Source: Anolis carolinensis (lineage: Eukaryota). From it: 64,000 bases of DNA. Made by a program: the position numbers and the translations under genes. The notes beneath the pieces were generated by a model, which was not told the DNA's origin, ran no database searches, and saw only the letters and a list, made by a program, of their open reading frames with translations. Every line of letters starts with the position of its first letter. Position 1 is the stretch's first letter. The stretch spans positions 195,463,971 to 195,527,970 of the forward strand of contig NC_085843.1 in NCBI RefSeq assembly GCF_035594765.1, in the 5' to 3' direction. This document shows, piece after piece, positions 36,150 through 48,720 of the stretch.

Positions 36150-37649
36150 CAATTTCATAGCCACCAAGGACCATCCAGAAACATCTCCAAGTATTTTATG
36201 GGAGACAAGTGAACTTTACATGACAGGAAAATTAATCCAGCTAAATTCAATACATAAAAAGAAACCAAGCAAAAAATAAATGAATTAGAAGTGGAGATTA
36301 AAGAAAAAGAAAGACAATTGATAAAAAAAAATAACAATGCAAAACTCCAACAAGAGCTGAAACAACTACCAGCAAGCTTCAATTCTAATGCTGTATCAAC
36401 TTGAAAAGACCCTAACATTTGCAAAGCAAAGATATTTTGAACATGCAAACAAACTAGTGAAATGGCTGGCAAATAAATTAAAATGAAAAGTGCAAAAGAA
36501 AAATTTGAATACAGTGGAATCTCTGCTTAAGAGCACCCCAAGTTAAGAACTGTCACACGGCCAACAGTTTGCTTTGACATAAGAGCAGCATTTTGAGTTA
36601 AGAGCTAGCACTAGAGGGAGCACTAGCAGAAGAGTACAGGGCTTTAGGGCTTCAAGGAAGCAGCCTCTGTGCTCCTTGCCTCAGTGCCACATGCTTTTGT
36701 CCACTTTAGGAAGTTGCTGTCTGCTTTGCTCTTGTCCGCTTTTAGGAACTTCGAGTTAGTTGATTTTGTGTGGGTTTTTTTGCTGGTATGTTTGGCTTCA
36801 TGAAGAGAGGGAGGGAGGGAGAGCAAGACAGGGAGGGAGGCTGGAATGAGTACTCTGATTATGTCCACTATATTTCTGGTCACTGGTTGTCGAGGTTGAC
36901 TTTTGATACATGTCAATGTTTTACACCCTACTGTTTTTAATTGTTTTCATTAGATCGCGATATGTTATTGGGTTTTTAATTGTGTTTTTAGTTGGCAAAC
37001 TCTGTTGTTCACTCTGGGCTTGGTCCCACACGTAAGCCACCCTGAGTCCCTTAGGAGAGATGGTGGCAAGGTATACAAATAAAGTTATTATTAATAACTT
37101 ATTACAGTATGAAGAAAAAAATACTTCTGCCTCTTCACTTTGTGCTTCCTTGCCACAATTTTGTGCTTCTACCATTTTAAAGTCGATCTTTCTTTTGAAT
37201 TGTTTCATGTGAATGTACATTTGTATGTTATTTATTATTTATAAAGTACATTTTCTTATTTAAAAACACATAACAAAAATTGGGGGCAGGTTCGGGGGGC
37301 TGGAACAGATTAATTGGATTTCAATGGGGAAAACTGCTTTGAGATAAGAGTGTTTTGAGTTAATATCTCAGTCACTAAACAAATTAAACTCTTAACTCAA
37401 GGTGTCACTGTATGTTAAAAATGAATGAACAAGAAATAAAGGGAGAACAAAAGAAAACATTACAAAAATCAAAACTTTATTTAAAAGAAATACAAATATA
37501 AGAATATATTCAAAAGCAAAACTTCCCATTATCTCTGAGTAGGAACAAAATTTGCTAAATAACCTAATAATAATGCACAAGGTAACAATTGTGATCAATT
37601 TAGTCTCACTAAAATCTAATAAAAAGCATTCACAGATGTAATTGATCTA

Positions 37650-37680
<31 letters not shown>

Positions 37681-38140
37681 AATGTTGAATACAAAAAAAA
37701 GCAGGTACCAGCAAGGAGCAAACATTACATTGATTCTGAAAAAAGACCTTAGCAGAACTGGAACAATATACTATAGAGTTGCTGATGATGGACAAAATAA
37801 GAATGCACTTAAGAGGAGAACCTTTAGAGAACTTTGTTAAGGAATGGCAACCAATGATCCAACATTTCAATGTAAAATTAATCTAAAAATGTACATAGAG
37901 GAAGCTAATAGACTGAAGGCAAGGAGAAAACGGATATAAATTCGGATATTATAGTATTAGTATATATATTATACAAATAGAAGCTTGTGACCCCTTATTG
38001 TAAATATATTGTCTAAGAAATGATTATGAAAGACTAATAGATGAAAGTATTGCACTGTATGCAACAAACACCTGCAATGTATGTATATTTGAATGAGTGA
38101 AAATAAATAAACATTATATATAAAAATTAAAAATTAAAAA
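36150..38140 (+). mobile_element. Decayed, internally deleted L1 LINE interrupted by a Tigger-like element
   Basis: ORF2-like ILWET..YM.GKLI and FEHANKLVKWLANKL; AATAAA plus A-rich tail near 38105-38140. Confidence 0.6.
36512..37410. mobile_element. Tigger-like non-autonomous DNA transposon with nested L2 tail (~36930-37095)
   Basis: TA|CAGTG...CACTG|TA termini, repeated subterminal GAGTTAAGAG motifs. Confidence 0.7.
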
Positions 38141-38702
38141 TAACATCCTAACCTATAAGGGACTCACAAGTGAAGTAGATCCAATTACAAAACTAATTGA
38201 AATGCCTAGGAGCCTTTCGCTGTCTTCACAGCTCAAACCTTCAGCCAAGAATATTTTTCACCAGAAGAGGAAACCAACACCTTTGCTTCTCAATACTGAA
38301 TATGTTATTTCATTTCAGAACAAATTTAAGGCAAGGAAATAGAGGAAGCAATGAGGGGCTTTATGACCAGCGTAAGCCTAAAATAGCACTCTTAAATGTG
38401 TATTTTCTGGGTTAGTTTCCAAATGACTATTCAATTGTCTCAGGATTTTGAGTAGGAGAGAAAATTTGTTTATGCCATGTATTGCTTTTTTATGATGAAC
38501 AGAAACAACCTCTCAAAAGACTGCTCTGCTTTGTAATGATTCATCTCTCCCCCAAAGTATTTGGCAACAACTGGAAGTCCTGGAGTAGGGCCATCTATGA
38601 AGTTTGAACTCCAGCTGCTCCAAAGTTTTCTCACCCAGATACAACTTTTGAGTTTTCAAATGGAGAAATGGCCGGACTGCGATTCAGCCTTTTAGTGTGA
38701 TA

Positions 38703-39200
38703 TAGAGATGGGAGGAATATTAAAAATATTTGAAAAATTGTGAGTGTTTCTTGAGTATCAGGAAAACCTGATGAGAATAATCTTGAACTGAAAAAAAATC
38801 TTCACAATTTGGGTTTTATTCTATTCAAAATTTGTATGTGGGTGTTTTATGCAAAAATAACAAATTTTACCCACAAAACATCATTTTCTGCATAGAAACT
38901 AATATTTTGTGCTATCAAATGCCATTTCTGTGCAAAAAAAAACTCCATGAAAATTTTGTGCAGAATAAGACCATAACTACACCATTTAGTGTACTGAAAA
39001 AAATACTGTGAAAATGTTGTTTCCTGAACCTTACTCCTGTTTTCTGTACCAAAGATAACACATGAGAATGTTGCATTAAAAATCCCTAAATTCTGAATAA
39101 CTATCAAAAGCTATTTTAATAATTTCTCACAGCAAGAGTAATTGGCAAAATTAATAATAGCTTCTTTTGAGAACAAATTAAGTAAAGAATGGCATCCCTA
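38703..39200. mobile_element. Old non-autonomous hAT element
   Basis: TAGAGATG...CATCCCTA termini, 8-bp TSD GTGTGATA/GTGTGAAA. Confidence 0.7.
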
Positions 39201-39518
39201 GTGTGAAATTACATTGACAGAGGCTCTAGTGTACATGGTGTGTCAGTTAACTAATTTTCTGCATAAAACATGAAAAGTGACAATGGAGGTTAGATAAAGG
39301 TCTGTTTAAGGAATGAGGAATCTTCATCCCTCCAGTATTCCTCACTATGCTTGATAGAAGTTATACGCTCTGAAGTTCACATGTCTTTGGCCTATCCTTA
39401 GGCTAATCCAATTAAATGTATAAAAACTGCAAGTTCACATTGGTTTTGAGGCTATACTGATCCATACAATAATACTCACATCACCTCACCATAATACATA
39501 ATAATAAAGCCAAAGGGT

Positions 39519-39707
39519 CAGCCAGTGTGATGTAGTGGTTGAACAGTTGGATTATAACTCTAAAAATCAGAGTTTAAATCCCTAATAAAACATAGAAACC
39601 CACTAGGTGACCTTGGGCAACTGAAAAAATGTGGCTAAGAAAATCCTCTGGTAGATATCCTTTCGGCTTTTCATAAATCAGAAACAACTTGAAGGCACAC
39701 AACAACA
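39519..39707 (+). mobile_element. Old CORE-type SINE with RTE-like tail
   Basis: Box A TGTAGTGGTT, box B GAGTTTAAATCC, tail GAAGGCACACAACAAC. Confidence 0.7.
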
Positions 39708-39722
39708 AACATATCCCATTAT

Positions 39723-40150
39723 GTTGTCAAAGGCTTTCATGGCCAGGATCACAGGGTTGTTGTATGTTTTCCGGGCTGTATGGCTATGTTCTAGAAGTAT
39801 TCTCTCCTGACGTTTCACCCACATCTATGGCAGGCATCCTCAGAGGATAGGAGACATGGGAACCAGGGGCAGCTAACGACTCTGAACAAAGGATGCCCCA
39901 GGCAGGAAGAAGCCAGGAGATGAAGCTATTCAATGCTAATTAAGGCGATTAACTACAACATTCACACTGGCCTCCAACTGACAAAAAGTTCTTCTCTCAC
40001 CCTGGACTTTCCACAGATATATAAACCTTCCTTGCTTAGTTTCTCCATTCCTCACAATCTCTGAGGATGCCTGCCATAGATGTGGGCGAAACATCAGGAG
40101 AGAATACTTCTAGAACATGGTCATACAGCCCGGAAAACATACAACAACCC
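39723..40150. mobile_element. Penelope remnant with inverted pLTR pieces
   Basis: Inverted termini 39753-39846 and 40058-40150; TSD ATATCCCA(T/A)TAT. Confidence 0.88.
39806..39846 (-). ncRNA. Minimal hammerhead ribozyme, near-intact (G-U at stem II closing pair)
   Basis: Minus strand CCTCTGAGGATGCCTGCCATAGATGTGGGTGAAACGTCAGG. Confidence 0.65.
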
Positions 40151-40164
40151 TATATCCCAATATA

Positions 40165-41000
40165 TCAGGACAGCTTACAATAAAAACAATTTCAAACAAC
40201 AAATAGAAAAATAATTAAAATGATTATAATTATATTAACTAGTTCATCAATTAAAAACCAATTTAAAACCTTTTATTAAAAAATGAAATAATGCAACTGT
40301 TTGATATGTACAGTTTGGATAAAATCAAGTAGGATCAAAGACTTGAACAAAAAAAACCAAGCTTTGACTTGATCTCAAAATTATCCCAGCATTGGCGTTG
40401 TATCAGGCTTTCATGCACAACGGGGGGAGGGGGGCACTACAGAGAAATACCTTTTTTGTGTTTTCCAACAGTGTAGTTCTCCTACCGATGGGGGACAGAA
40501 AAACGCAACTCCAGGACTCATAACGGTAAAATTTTAGAATTATTGCATTTGAAAAGACCGCAAGGGCCATTCAAGCCAACTCTTGACGTGTGGGAACATA
40601 CAATTAAAACATTCCCAACAGACTGCCATTTAGACTCTACTTAAAAACCTCAAGAGGAGGCTCTGATGCAGTAAATACAACTGACAAACAGTTCTTACCA
40701 TTAGGAAGCTATATTTACAAAGAGGTTCCCTCTCAAGTATCATGGTCCCAAGCCACCTAGGCCTTCAAAAGTTACAAAGAGGACCTTGAATTCAGACTGT
40801 GGCCAGTGTAATTATTTCAATAGTACTTTTATATGGGATCTGAATGGAGTTCTAGAGAGCAGACTAGCTGTAGTATTGTTCAAGGACAGCCCCACACAGA
40901 GTGCATTGCAGTAGTCTAAGTAGGAAGTTACCCATGCATGGAGCTACTGTGGCTAAGTTATCCCTGTCCAGGAAAGGACATAGACCAGTCAAAGTTGACT
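40165..41000 (-). mobile_element. Decayed L2 LINE 3' part, with CR1-tail piece ~40535-40710
   Basis: PFLDRDNLATV...LDYCNAL-like frameshifted motif at 40880-40980. Confidence 0.65.
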
Positions 41001-41467
41001 GCAAAATTATTTTGGTCAAATAAAGCAGTTTACATATAAACACTGTATGCATGCAGCTACATTCTGTGTATATTTACATATCACTGTATATGATTCTGCC
41101 AAGAAAATGCCTTTAGAGAGTCACCTTAGGATCACCATGAAATGAAGGTACAAGCCACAGCAAATACATATGGAAAAATAAATATAATTAACTTAAGGGC
41201 AACAAATGTTCTTTTTAGTTATTTATCACATTAATGGCTGTATTTTTCATATGAAAGTCTGGTGGTTTGTCTCATGTTTTATCATACTGTGACTCACTAC
41301 TAAATAATCTGTTCATCTTCACAGAGCTGTTAATAGTAATGGAAGGAGGCATATCTATATGATAAAATGCACGGCATTAAAGGATTTTTCAATCAAATGT
41401 TTTGATTAGGGGAGAGATTTTGCCTGTCTGGGATGAGAGTGTGTGTATAAAATCAATTTAACATATA

Positions 41468-41790
41468 CAGTAGAGTCTCACTTATCCAACATAAATGGGC
41501 CGGCAGAATGTTGGATAAGCGAATATGTTGGATAATAAGGAGGCATTAAGGAAAAGCCTATTAAACATCAAATTAGGTTATGATTTTACAAATGAAGCAC
41601 AAAAACATCATGTTAGACAACAAATATGGCAGAAAAAGTAGTTCAATACGCAGTAATGCTATGTAGTAATTACTGTATTTATGAATTTAGCACCAAAATA
41701 CCATGATATATTGAAAACATTGACTACAAAAATGCGTTGGATAATCCAGAACGTTGGATAAGCGAGTGTTGGATAAGTGAGACTCTACTG
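41468..41790. mobile_element. Tc1/mariner-type MITE (323 bp)
   Basis: Perfect TIRs, TA flanks. Confidence 0.93.
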
Positions 41791-42919
41791 TATACTCATG
41801 TATAACTTGATTTCTTGTCTAAACTGAGGACATGTTTTGAAGACAAAATCATGGATTTTGATATGACCTGTGGACATGTTGAGGGTCATTCCACAGAGAA
41901 AGGAGACCACCAATGCTGTTTTAAGGAGTCAATCATCCCTGACCATGGTTGCCATTTCCCACCCAAGCATTCAAAAAGCCCAGAAGCACCACCACAGTTC
42001 ACAGAGTAGAGGGTGTCCATGCTTCTTTTAGGTTCTCCAAGGACAGACTAAGGACCTCTCTTATGAATAACTTTTCAATAACTTTAAAGCATAGGTTATT
42101 TTTATTGCAATTTCAGTGTGAGAGGATATATCAGAACTTTTACAGAACAACATTTAGACATACAGGCATAGAGATTCTATGCAACTACATTGGATTCCAC
42201 AACTTACTGTGTTTCCCCGATAAACATAATAAAACAAAAGTCATTCAAATTGGAAGGCTGAACATAAAAAAAAACCCATTCAGGACAGATGTTGGGTCAG
42301 AGAATGAGGAAAGAAAACACACATATGGAGAACACACAATCCCACCTACAACTGCAGGCAGAGTTATATAACTCAGAAATCTAAATATTCATCCAGGTTG
42401 GACAAATATGTCAGGACATAGCCGTTTTAATTGCGTTTATTACTTTTACCACTTTTATTTACAAGGTCCAAACAACTTTTTTGCTTGTCTAAATATCGTG
42501 TATTTTCTAGCATTTCTGCAACATTTTTCTCCTTCCCTCAAAAGACTACTTTTTCCTGCTCTACTACATTTGGGTACATTTTGAATTCCAAATTCACACA
42601 TTTTTTCTCTGTGCAGTGAAGTGCTCTGTGGATAGTCACTTTTCATGCTCCATTCACAACACTGCTTTCATATTCCATTTGAGAAACAGAAGCAGTGAAG
42701 TACCTGGGAGTCTTTCTATGATGCAGGAAGAGTTGGTAAGTGCTTCTGCCTTAAGTTGGTTCCATTACAAGATATGGATAATTGCCAGAAACAGATAGAT
42801 TAAATGAGAGGCAATAGAGTTAGGAAATAAACGTGCCTTTTGCAGGGAATTGTCTCATCCAGCAGTGAGTTTGGGTTTTTAAAAAAAATCATGTTACAGC
42901 ATTAGCACTAGCTCTATAT

Positions 42920-43191
42920 GGAGCCCCCAGTGGCACTATGGGTTAAACCCATTGTGCCTGCAGAACTGCTGACTTGGGTTGCTGACCTGAAGGTTGCCAA
43001 TTCAAATCCAACCCGAGGAGAGTGTAGATGAGCTCTGTCTGTAAGCTCCAGCTCCATTCGAGAAGCCTCCCACAAGAATGGTAAAACATCAAACATCTGG
43101 GCATCCTCTGGGTAACGTCCTTGCAGACGGCCAATTCTCTCACACCAGAAGTGACTTGCAGTTTCTCAAGTCGTTACTGACACACACAAAA
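42920..43191 (+). mobile_element. tRNA-derived SINE with Vingi-like tail
   Basis: TSD ACTAGCTCTATA (42907-42918/43192-43203). Confidence 0.9.
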
Positions 43192-43539
43192 ACTAGCTCT
43201 ATAAGCTGCGGCAAAAGAATTGCTGTCTTCATATCCCCTGCCCATTTGCCATTTTTCCTCCAAATGTACTTCTGATAGTAATCTTCATATAATGTTCTCC
43301 TGTGTCTCCCCAGATTTTTCAAAAAATACTTAGTAATATAGTACTAAAACAGAAAGCTATAATGGTACTATTGCTGCCTTCTTTCATTCTTTTACCATTT
43401 CATCCAGTTCCATGGTTCACATGGCAAGTGATCTTGCTTCAAGGAAACAAAACACTCCAATGACATTATGAATGCTGTAGTATTTTAGCATCATACTTCT
43501 AGAGAAATTTTAAAAAATGGAATGTCTCACTGGGAAATA

Positions 43540-43862
43540 CAGTAGAGTTTCACTTATCCAACATTCGCTTATCCAACATTCTGGATTATCCAACCCATTT
43601 TTGTAGTCAATGTTTTCAATACATCGTGATATTTTGGTGCTAAATTCGTAAATACAGTGATTACTACGTAGCATTACTGCATATTGAACTACTTTTTCTG
43701 TCAAATTTGTTGTATAACATGATGTTTTGGTGCTTAATTTGTAAAATCATAACCTAATTTGATGTTTAGTAGGCTTCTCCTTAATCTCTCCTTATTATCC
43801 AACATATTCCTTTATCCAACGTTCTGCCGGCCTGTTTATGTTGGATAAGTGAGACTCTACTG
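43540..43862. mobile_element. Tc1/mariner-type MITE (323 bp)
   Basis: TIRs, TA flanks. Confidence 0.92.
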
Positions 43863-44117
43863 TAACCAGAAAGACACCACTTGAAGATTGCAAAATATCT
43901 GGAAACACATCTGGGGCAGGGCATGGCTGGTCACATCCACATCAAACATCACAACCCACATCACAGACAATTGAACCAAGATGTGTTGCATTACTATTGA
44001 GGGGTTTTTCTTCTTCTTCAACATTTAGGACAGTAATCTGATGAGAATGTAACAATAAGCATGTAAGAGTAACATAAAATAATGTGTTATATATGAAGAC
44101 AAATTGTCAATCTGGAT

Positions 44118-45356
44118 TTATTTATTTATCGTGTAAGAAGCAAACCAGGGTACAAGTTGTAATGTATTTGAAAATACAACTTTAAAAAAAATTAAAATTG
44201 ACATTATACTGAATGTCCCTTGACCAGTAGCTGGCCATTTGGAGTGTCTCTCGTGTTGCTATAACTGCATTGTAGGACTCAGACTGCATTGTAATAGGTG
44301 GTCTGTGGCTTGCTCTTCTCCAGACTCACATGTCGTGGACTCCACTTTGTGGCCCCATTTCTTAAGGATGGCTCTGCGTCTCGTGGTGCCAGAGTGCAGT
44401 CTGTTCTGTGCCTTCCAAGTCACCCAGTCTTTTGTGTACCCAGGAGGGAGTCTCTCAGCCAGTGTCAGTCACTGATTGAGTTTTAGCCTGCCACTTATGG
44501 ACTCTCGCTTGCTGAGGTGTTCCTGTGAGTATCACTGTAGATCTTAGAAAACTATTTCTTGATTTAAGGTGTTGGCGTGCTGGCTGATATCCAAACAGGT
44601 GGTGGGCTGGAGATGTCAATGCCTTGGTCCTTTCATTGATGGCTGCTACTTCCCAGCAGATGTCAGGTGGTGCAATGCCAGCTAAACAGTATAATTTCTC
44701 CAGTGGTGTGGGGTGTAGACATCCTGTGATAATGCGGCATGTCTCAATAAGAGCCACATCCACTGTTTTAACATGGTGAGATGTATTCCACACTGAGCAT
44801 GCATATTCAACAGCAGAGTGGCAAAGCGCAAAGTCAGATGTCTTCACTGTGTCTTGTTGTGATCTTCAGGTTGTGCCAGTCACATTTTGTATTATGTTAT
44901 TTTGAGCACCCACTTTTTGCTAATCAGGTAGTGCTTGATAGTCAAGTCAGGGCACAGTCCAGGTTAACTCCCAAGTATTTTGGTGTGCTGCAATGCTTCC
45001 AGTGGGATTCCTTCTTAGGTAATCCTCAGAGCTCAAGATGCTTGTCTGTTCTTAAGGTTAAAAGCATACATCTGCATTTTAGATGGATTAGGGATCAGCT
45101 GGTTTTCCATGTAATAATCAGTAAGAGCACCTAAAGCTTCAGAGAGCTTCTGTTCAACCATTTCAAAGTTCCCTGCTTGGGCGTTGATGGCACGATCATC
45201 AGCATAGATGAAACTCTCTGTCCCTTCTGGCAGTGGTTGGTCATGTTAAACCCTGATGGAGCAAGCACACTTCACTGAGACAGGTCATTCTCCTGTTTTC
45301 ACCATCTACTTCTCTGGTCCTGGAATTCGACAAAAAAGCTCCCGTTTTGTAGCAGA
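44118..45356 (-). mobile_element. Vingi (Ingi-related) LINE, 5'-truncated, decayed RT
   Basis: LLQNGSFFVEFQ..SVLAPS..DQPLPEGTESFIYADD; EYACSVW...CRIITGCLHPTPLEKLYCLAGIAPP; (TAAA)n tail; 13-bp TSD TGTCAATCTGGAT (44105-44117/45357-45369). Confidence 0.88.
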
Positions 45357-45589
45357 TGTCAATCTGGATGAGTCCAAAGAAAGAGAACAAAGGCCCAAAG
45401 CAAAGTTTTAAAACTCCCCTAAACAATTCACACACTCAGCTCAAAAGCAACATATTTGCCTTTGCTTCTTAAGATATTATCTCATATCCCTCCTGATTAG
45501 CTGTAGTCATGCTATCATTGATGGTGGATACCTACTGAGTTGAAAACCTTCTACATCTCACCTCTCGATAATTTGCGATCTCGTGATCT

Positions 45590-45789
45590 GCAGATTCTAC
45601 AGCCATTGATTCCACTGGCCAAAGCTTTAAAATACCCCCCCTCCCCCAAATCCGAAAAGCTAACTCAGATTTGCCATTTGATATAAGGGGCACCATTTCA
45701 CTAAACCATTGTACATAAAGTATACATGGATTTTTAGTATCTATGGAGGAATATGGAACTTAACCCCAATGGATACCAAGGGCCCACTG
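45590..45789. mobile_element. Old Tigger/MER2-like MITE remnant
   Basis: GGATACCAAGGGCCCACTG|TA end. Confidence 0.55.
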
Positions 45790-46574
45790 TACCTAGGTTC
45801 ACTTTTCAACGGAAGCACGCAGGCTCACATACAGACAAGACTTTGAAAAGCCCATGAATGCTTTAATAGAAAGATCTATATTCCAACTATGTTTCAAGAC
45901 AATGAGCACTTCTAAGACACATCAAAACATTTGGAAATATAATTTTTCTTCCATTTAAGAAAGCAGCTATTAAAGTATCAAGATGGAGCACTCTTAAAAA
46001 GCCCATTTATCATAGGATTTTTGCGGTGTTGCTTTCTCAGCCTGCTTGCCAAGCCGACTTGTGTGTGGATTTATTGCTCCTCCAAGGTTAGAAACATTCA
46101 TTCAACTAAAATATAATTATTTTCCACCTATAGAAACCGGTGACATTTAGAATATTCTTTAGAAAAATTAAAGTAAACAATGGGAGAAAAGAAAAAGTGA
46201 CACAAGAAAAACAAAAATGCATATTTTGGGAGAAATGTATTGGTACTCAATTTGAGGAGAAATAATAGCTTATTTACATTTTGGGGAAAAGTGTTAAATT
46301 CCAGGCAGGAAATACTATGTGGTTTTTCTGGTTTGGGATAATGTGGTGACTTAAATGCTGAAGATTGCCTTCAGATGACATAAGCATGGCAAATGAATAT
46401 GGCAAAAAAGGAGAGCTAGATCTCAATAGCAGATGTTTCCAGCCAAATGATGATGATCAACATTCATGCCATTGTATGTTCTCCCTGCAGAAATTGGAAC
46501 CATAGGAAAATAGCAACCTCTGTAATCTCAGAAAAGTTTCACGTACTTATACATGAATAAGATTCCTGCAAAAT

Positions 46575-46770
46575 GGATGCATCTACACCGTAGAATTCAT
46601 GCACTTTGATACCATTTTAACTTCCATAACACAATGCTGTAGAATAATGCGAGTCATTAACGAGATGATGTTGGTGCCTCACCAAACCACAGCTCCTAAG
46701 ATTTTGTAACATTGATCCATGACAGTTAAAGTGATGTCAAACTGCATTAATTATATAGTGTAGATACACC
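46575..46770. mobile_element. Palindromic Harbinger-like MITE
   Basis: GGATGCATCTACAC / GTGTAGATACACC inverted arms; same family as 7203-7497. Confidence 0.7.
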
Positions 46771-47492
46771 TATATTCAGCTAAAGACCCATAAATCCTCA
46801 CTCTGAGTGCACATCTGGAGAGTACTTTATAAAATGAAGGCAGAATACAACTGCATATTTCATAAGCTCAAGAAATCCAAGATGTTGACTGCATTTCTTT
46901 ATATCGTTATTGAATTGGTACGTGATGGTTTTAGCATGCTAATAAGCACCACAGATTCATTCTGGTAGTTAAGTCCATAAAATATGTAATAGGCAGCAGC
47001 TTTAGATATCTGGGCTGGGAAATCATCAATGGATTACAGAAGCCCTGGCTCATGTTGGATCTACACTGCCATAAAATGCAGTTTGAACTGCATTGAAGGC
47101 TATATGCATTCATTCAATATGATGCAGTGCAGTGGAAGTGACAGCCAGTGGCAATGATTATTTTGAAGGCACCACATTGGAGAAAGTTGATTTGTAGATT
47201 TAGTTTCGATTTAGTTCCTGGGCGTACCAAAAACAAGATGCAAAATTAAATAGAATTTTGTTTTTGTTTTTTTGTTTTGAGATCCTATGGGTACAAATTC
47301 AATCAAGGCATTGATAGTATTTAAACTGTTGCTATCTTGGTGTTTTTCTACTGGATCTTTCCTGCAGTGCCATAATTATCTTTGGAGACACAGGAGGAGG
47401 AGGAGAAAAGAGAAAATGGAGTCAAACTAAAAGTAAATATTTTTTAAAGCCTGCAGTCAATCTCAGATTCTAAAGTGCTATTAAAGAAAAGT

Positions 47493-47769
47493 TTTTTTTT
47501 ATCATATCAGAAGCGACTTGAGGACATACTGCTAGTTGCTTCTGGTGTGAGAGAATTGGCAGTCTACAGAGACGTTGCCCAGGGGATGCCTGGATGTGTT
47601 ACCATCCTGCTGGGAAGCTTCTCTCATGTACCCGCAAGCTACAGCTAACAGACGGGAGCTCACCCCATCTCGCGGATTCAAACCGGCAACCTTCAGATCA
47701 GCAACCTAACCCTCAGGTCATCAGATTCAGCTGGCACAAGGATTTAACCCATTGCGCCACTGTGGCTCT
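47493..47769 (-). mobile_element. tRNA-derived SINE with Vingi-like tail
   Basis: TSD ATTAAAGAAAAGT (47480-47492/47772-47784). Confidence 0.88.
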
Positions 47770-47817
47770 GGATTAAAGAAAAGTGTTGGATCAAAAAGAA
47801 CTGGCCTAAACACATGT

Positions 47818-48043
47818 TTTTGTTGTTGTGTGTCCTCAATACATTTGTGACTGATGGTGACCCTGAGGTGACACTATCATAGGTTTTCTTAGCAGAATTT
47901 GTTTGGAGAGGGTTTGCCCTTGCCGTCCTCCGAAGTTGACAGATTGCGATTTGCTCATGGTTGGCCAGTAGGTTTTGATGGCCAAGAAGGAATTTGAACT
48001 TTGGTATCTTCATCCAGCGCTCACAGCACTACACTATGCTTGG
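47818..48043 (-). mobile_element. Old CORE-type SINE
   Basis: TTGTTGTTGTGTG tail, homologous to 39519 copy. Confidence 0.65.
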
Positions 48044-48413
48044 CTTTCACATGTCTGTTTTATTAAACCATAACTTCTATTTCTCCAGATCAAGTGATAG
48101 TTCCCAGATAGGTTCCATATTCAATGTATTCCATAAAAGACTAGAATGAAGAACATCTGTGTTTTATCCTTATTGGTTTGTGTACATGTTTTTCACAAGA
48201 TAGTAGAAAGCACCATAACTTATTTTCTCCCTGAAAATCTGGCCAGTGAGGCAAATCATTATAGTTCTAATTTCTTTGGCTATTGGCAATGATTTGTGAA
48301 AACAATCTAATATTTGGATCAAGATGTTCCTAAGAAACAGTTATAAAGATGATACATTCCATACATTTTCTTCTCTTTAAATTATCATTTTATTTCATTT
48401 AATAATTGGACTA

Positions 48414-48720
48414 CACTATGTAATATGACTTTTGTACCTGGGTTATGAATGTCATTTCCTAATTGGGTCTATCATAAAAACATGGAAAAAGTTTATTAAA
48501 CTGCAAAAACTTTGTTTTTGCAGGATATCCAACAGTACATTTCGCTATAGTTTTTCAATGAATATCTCATAGAATCTCAACCAATTCAGCACAGTTTGTG
48601 GAAGCAATAAAAACAAAGCTTCTGAAGGATAAGAACTACTTTCAAAGTAGGTATCACACAAACAGGAAATAACACTTTCAAAACAGGAACAGAATTTTGT
48701 TCAAATTTTCTTATATAGTG
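48414..48720. mobile_element. Non-autonomous DNA element with CACTA-start TIRs (Chapaev-like)
   Basis: CACTATGTAA ... TTATATAGTG termini. Confidence 0.5.
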
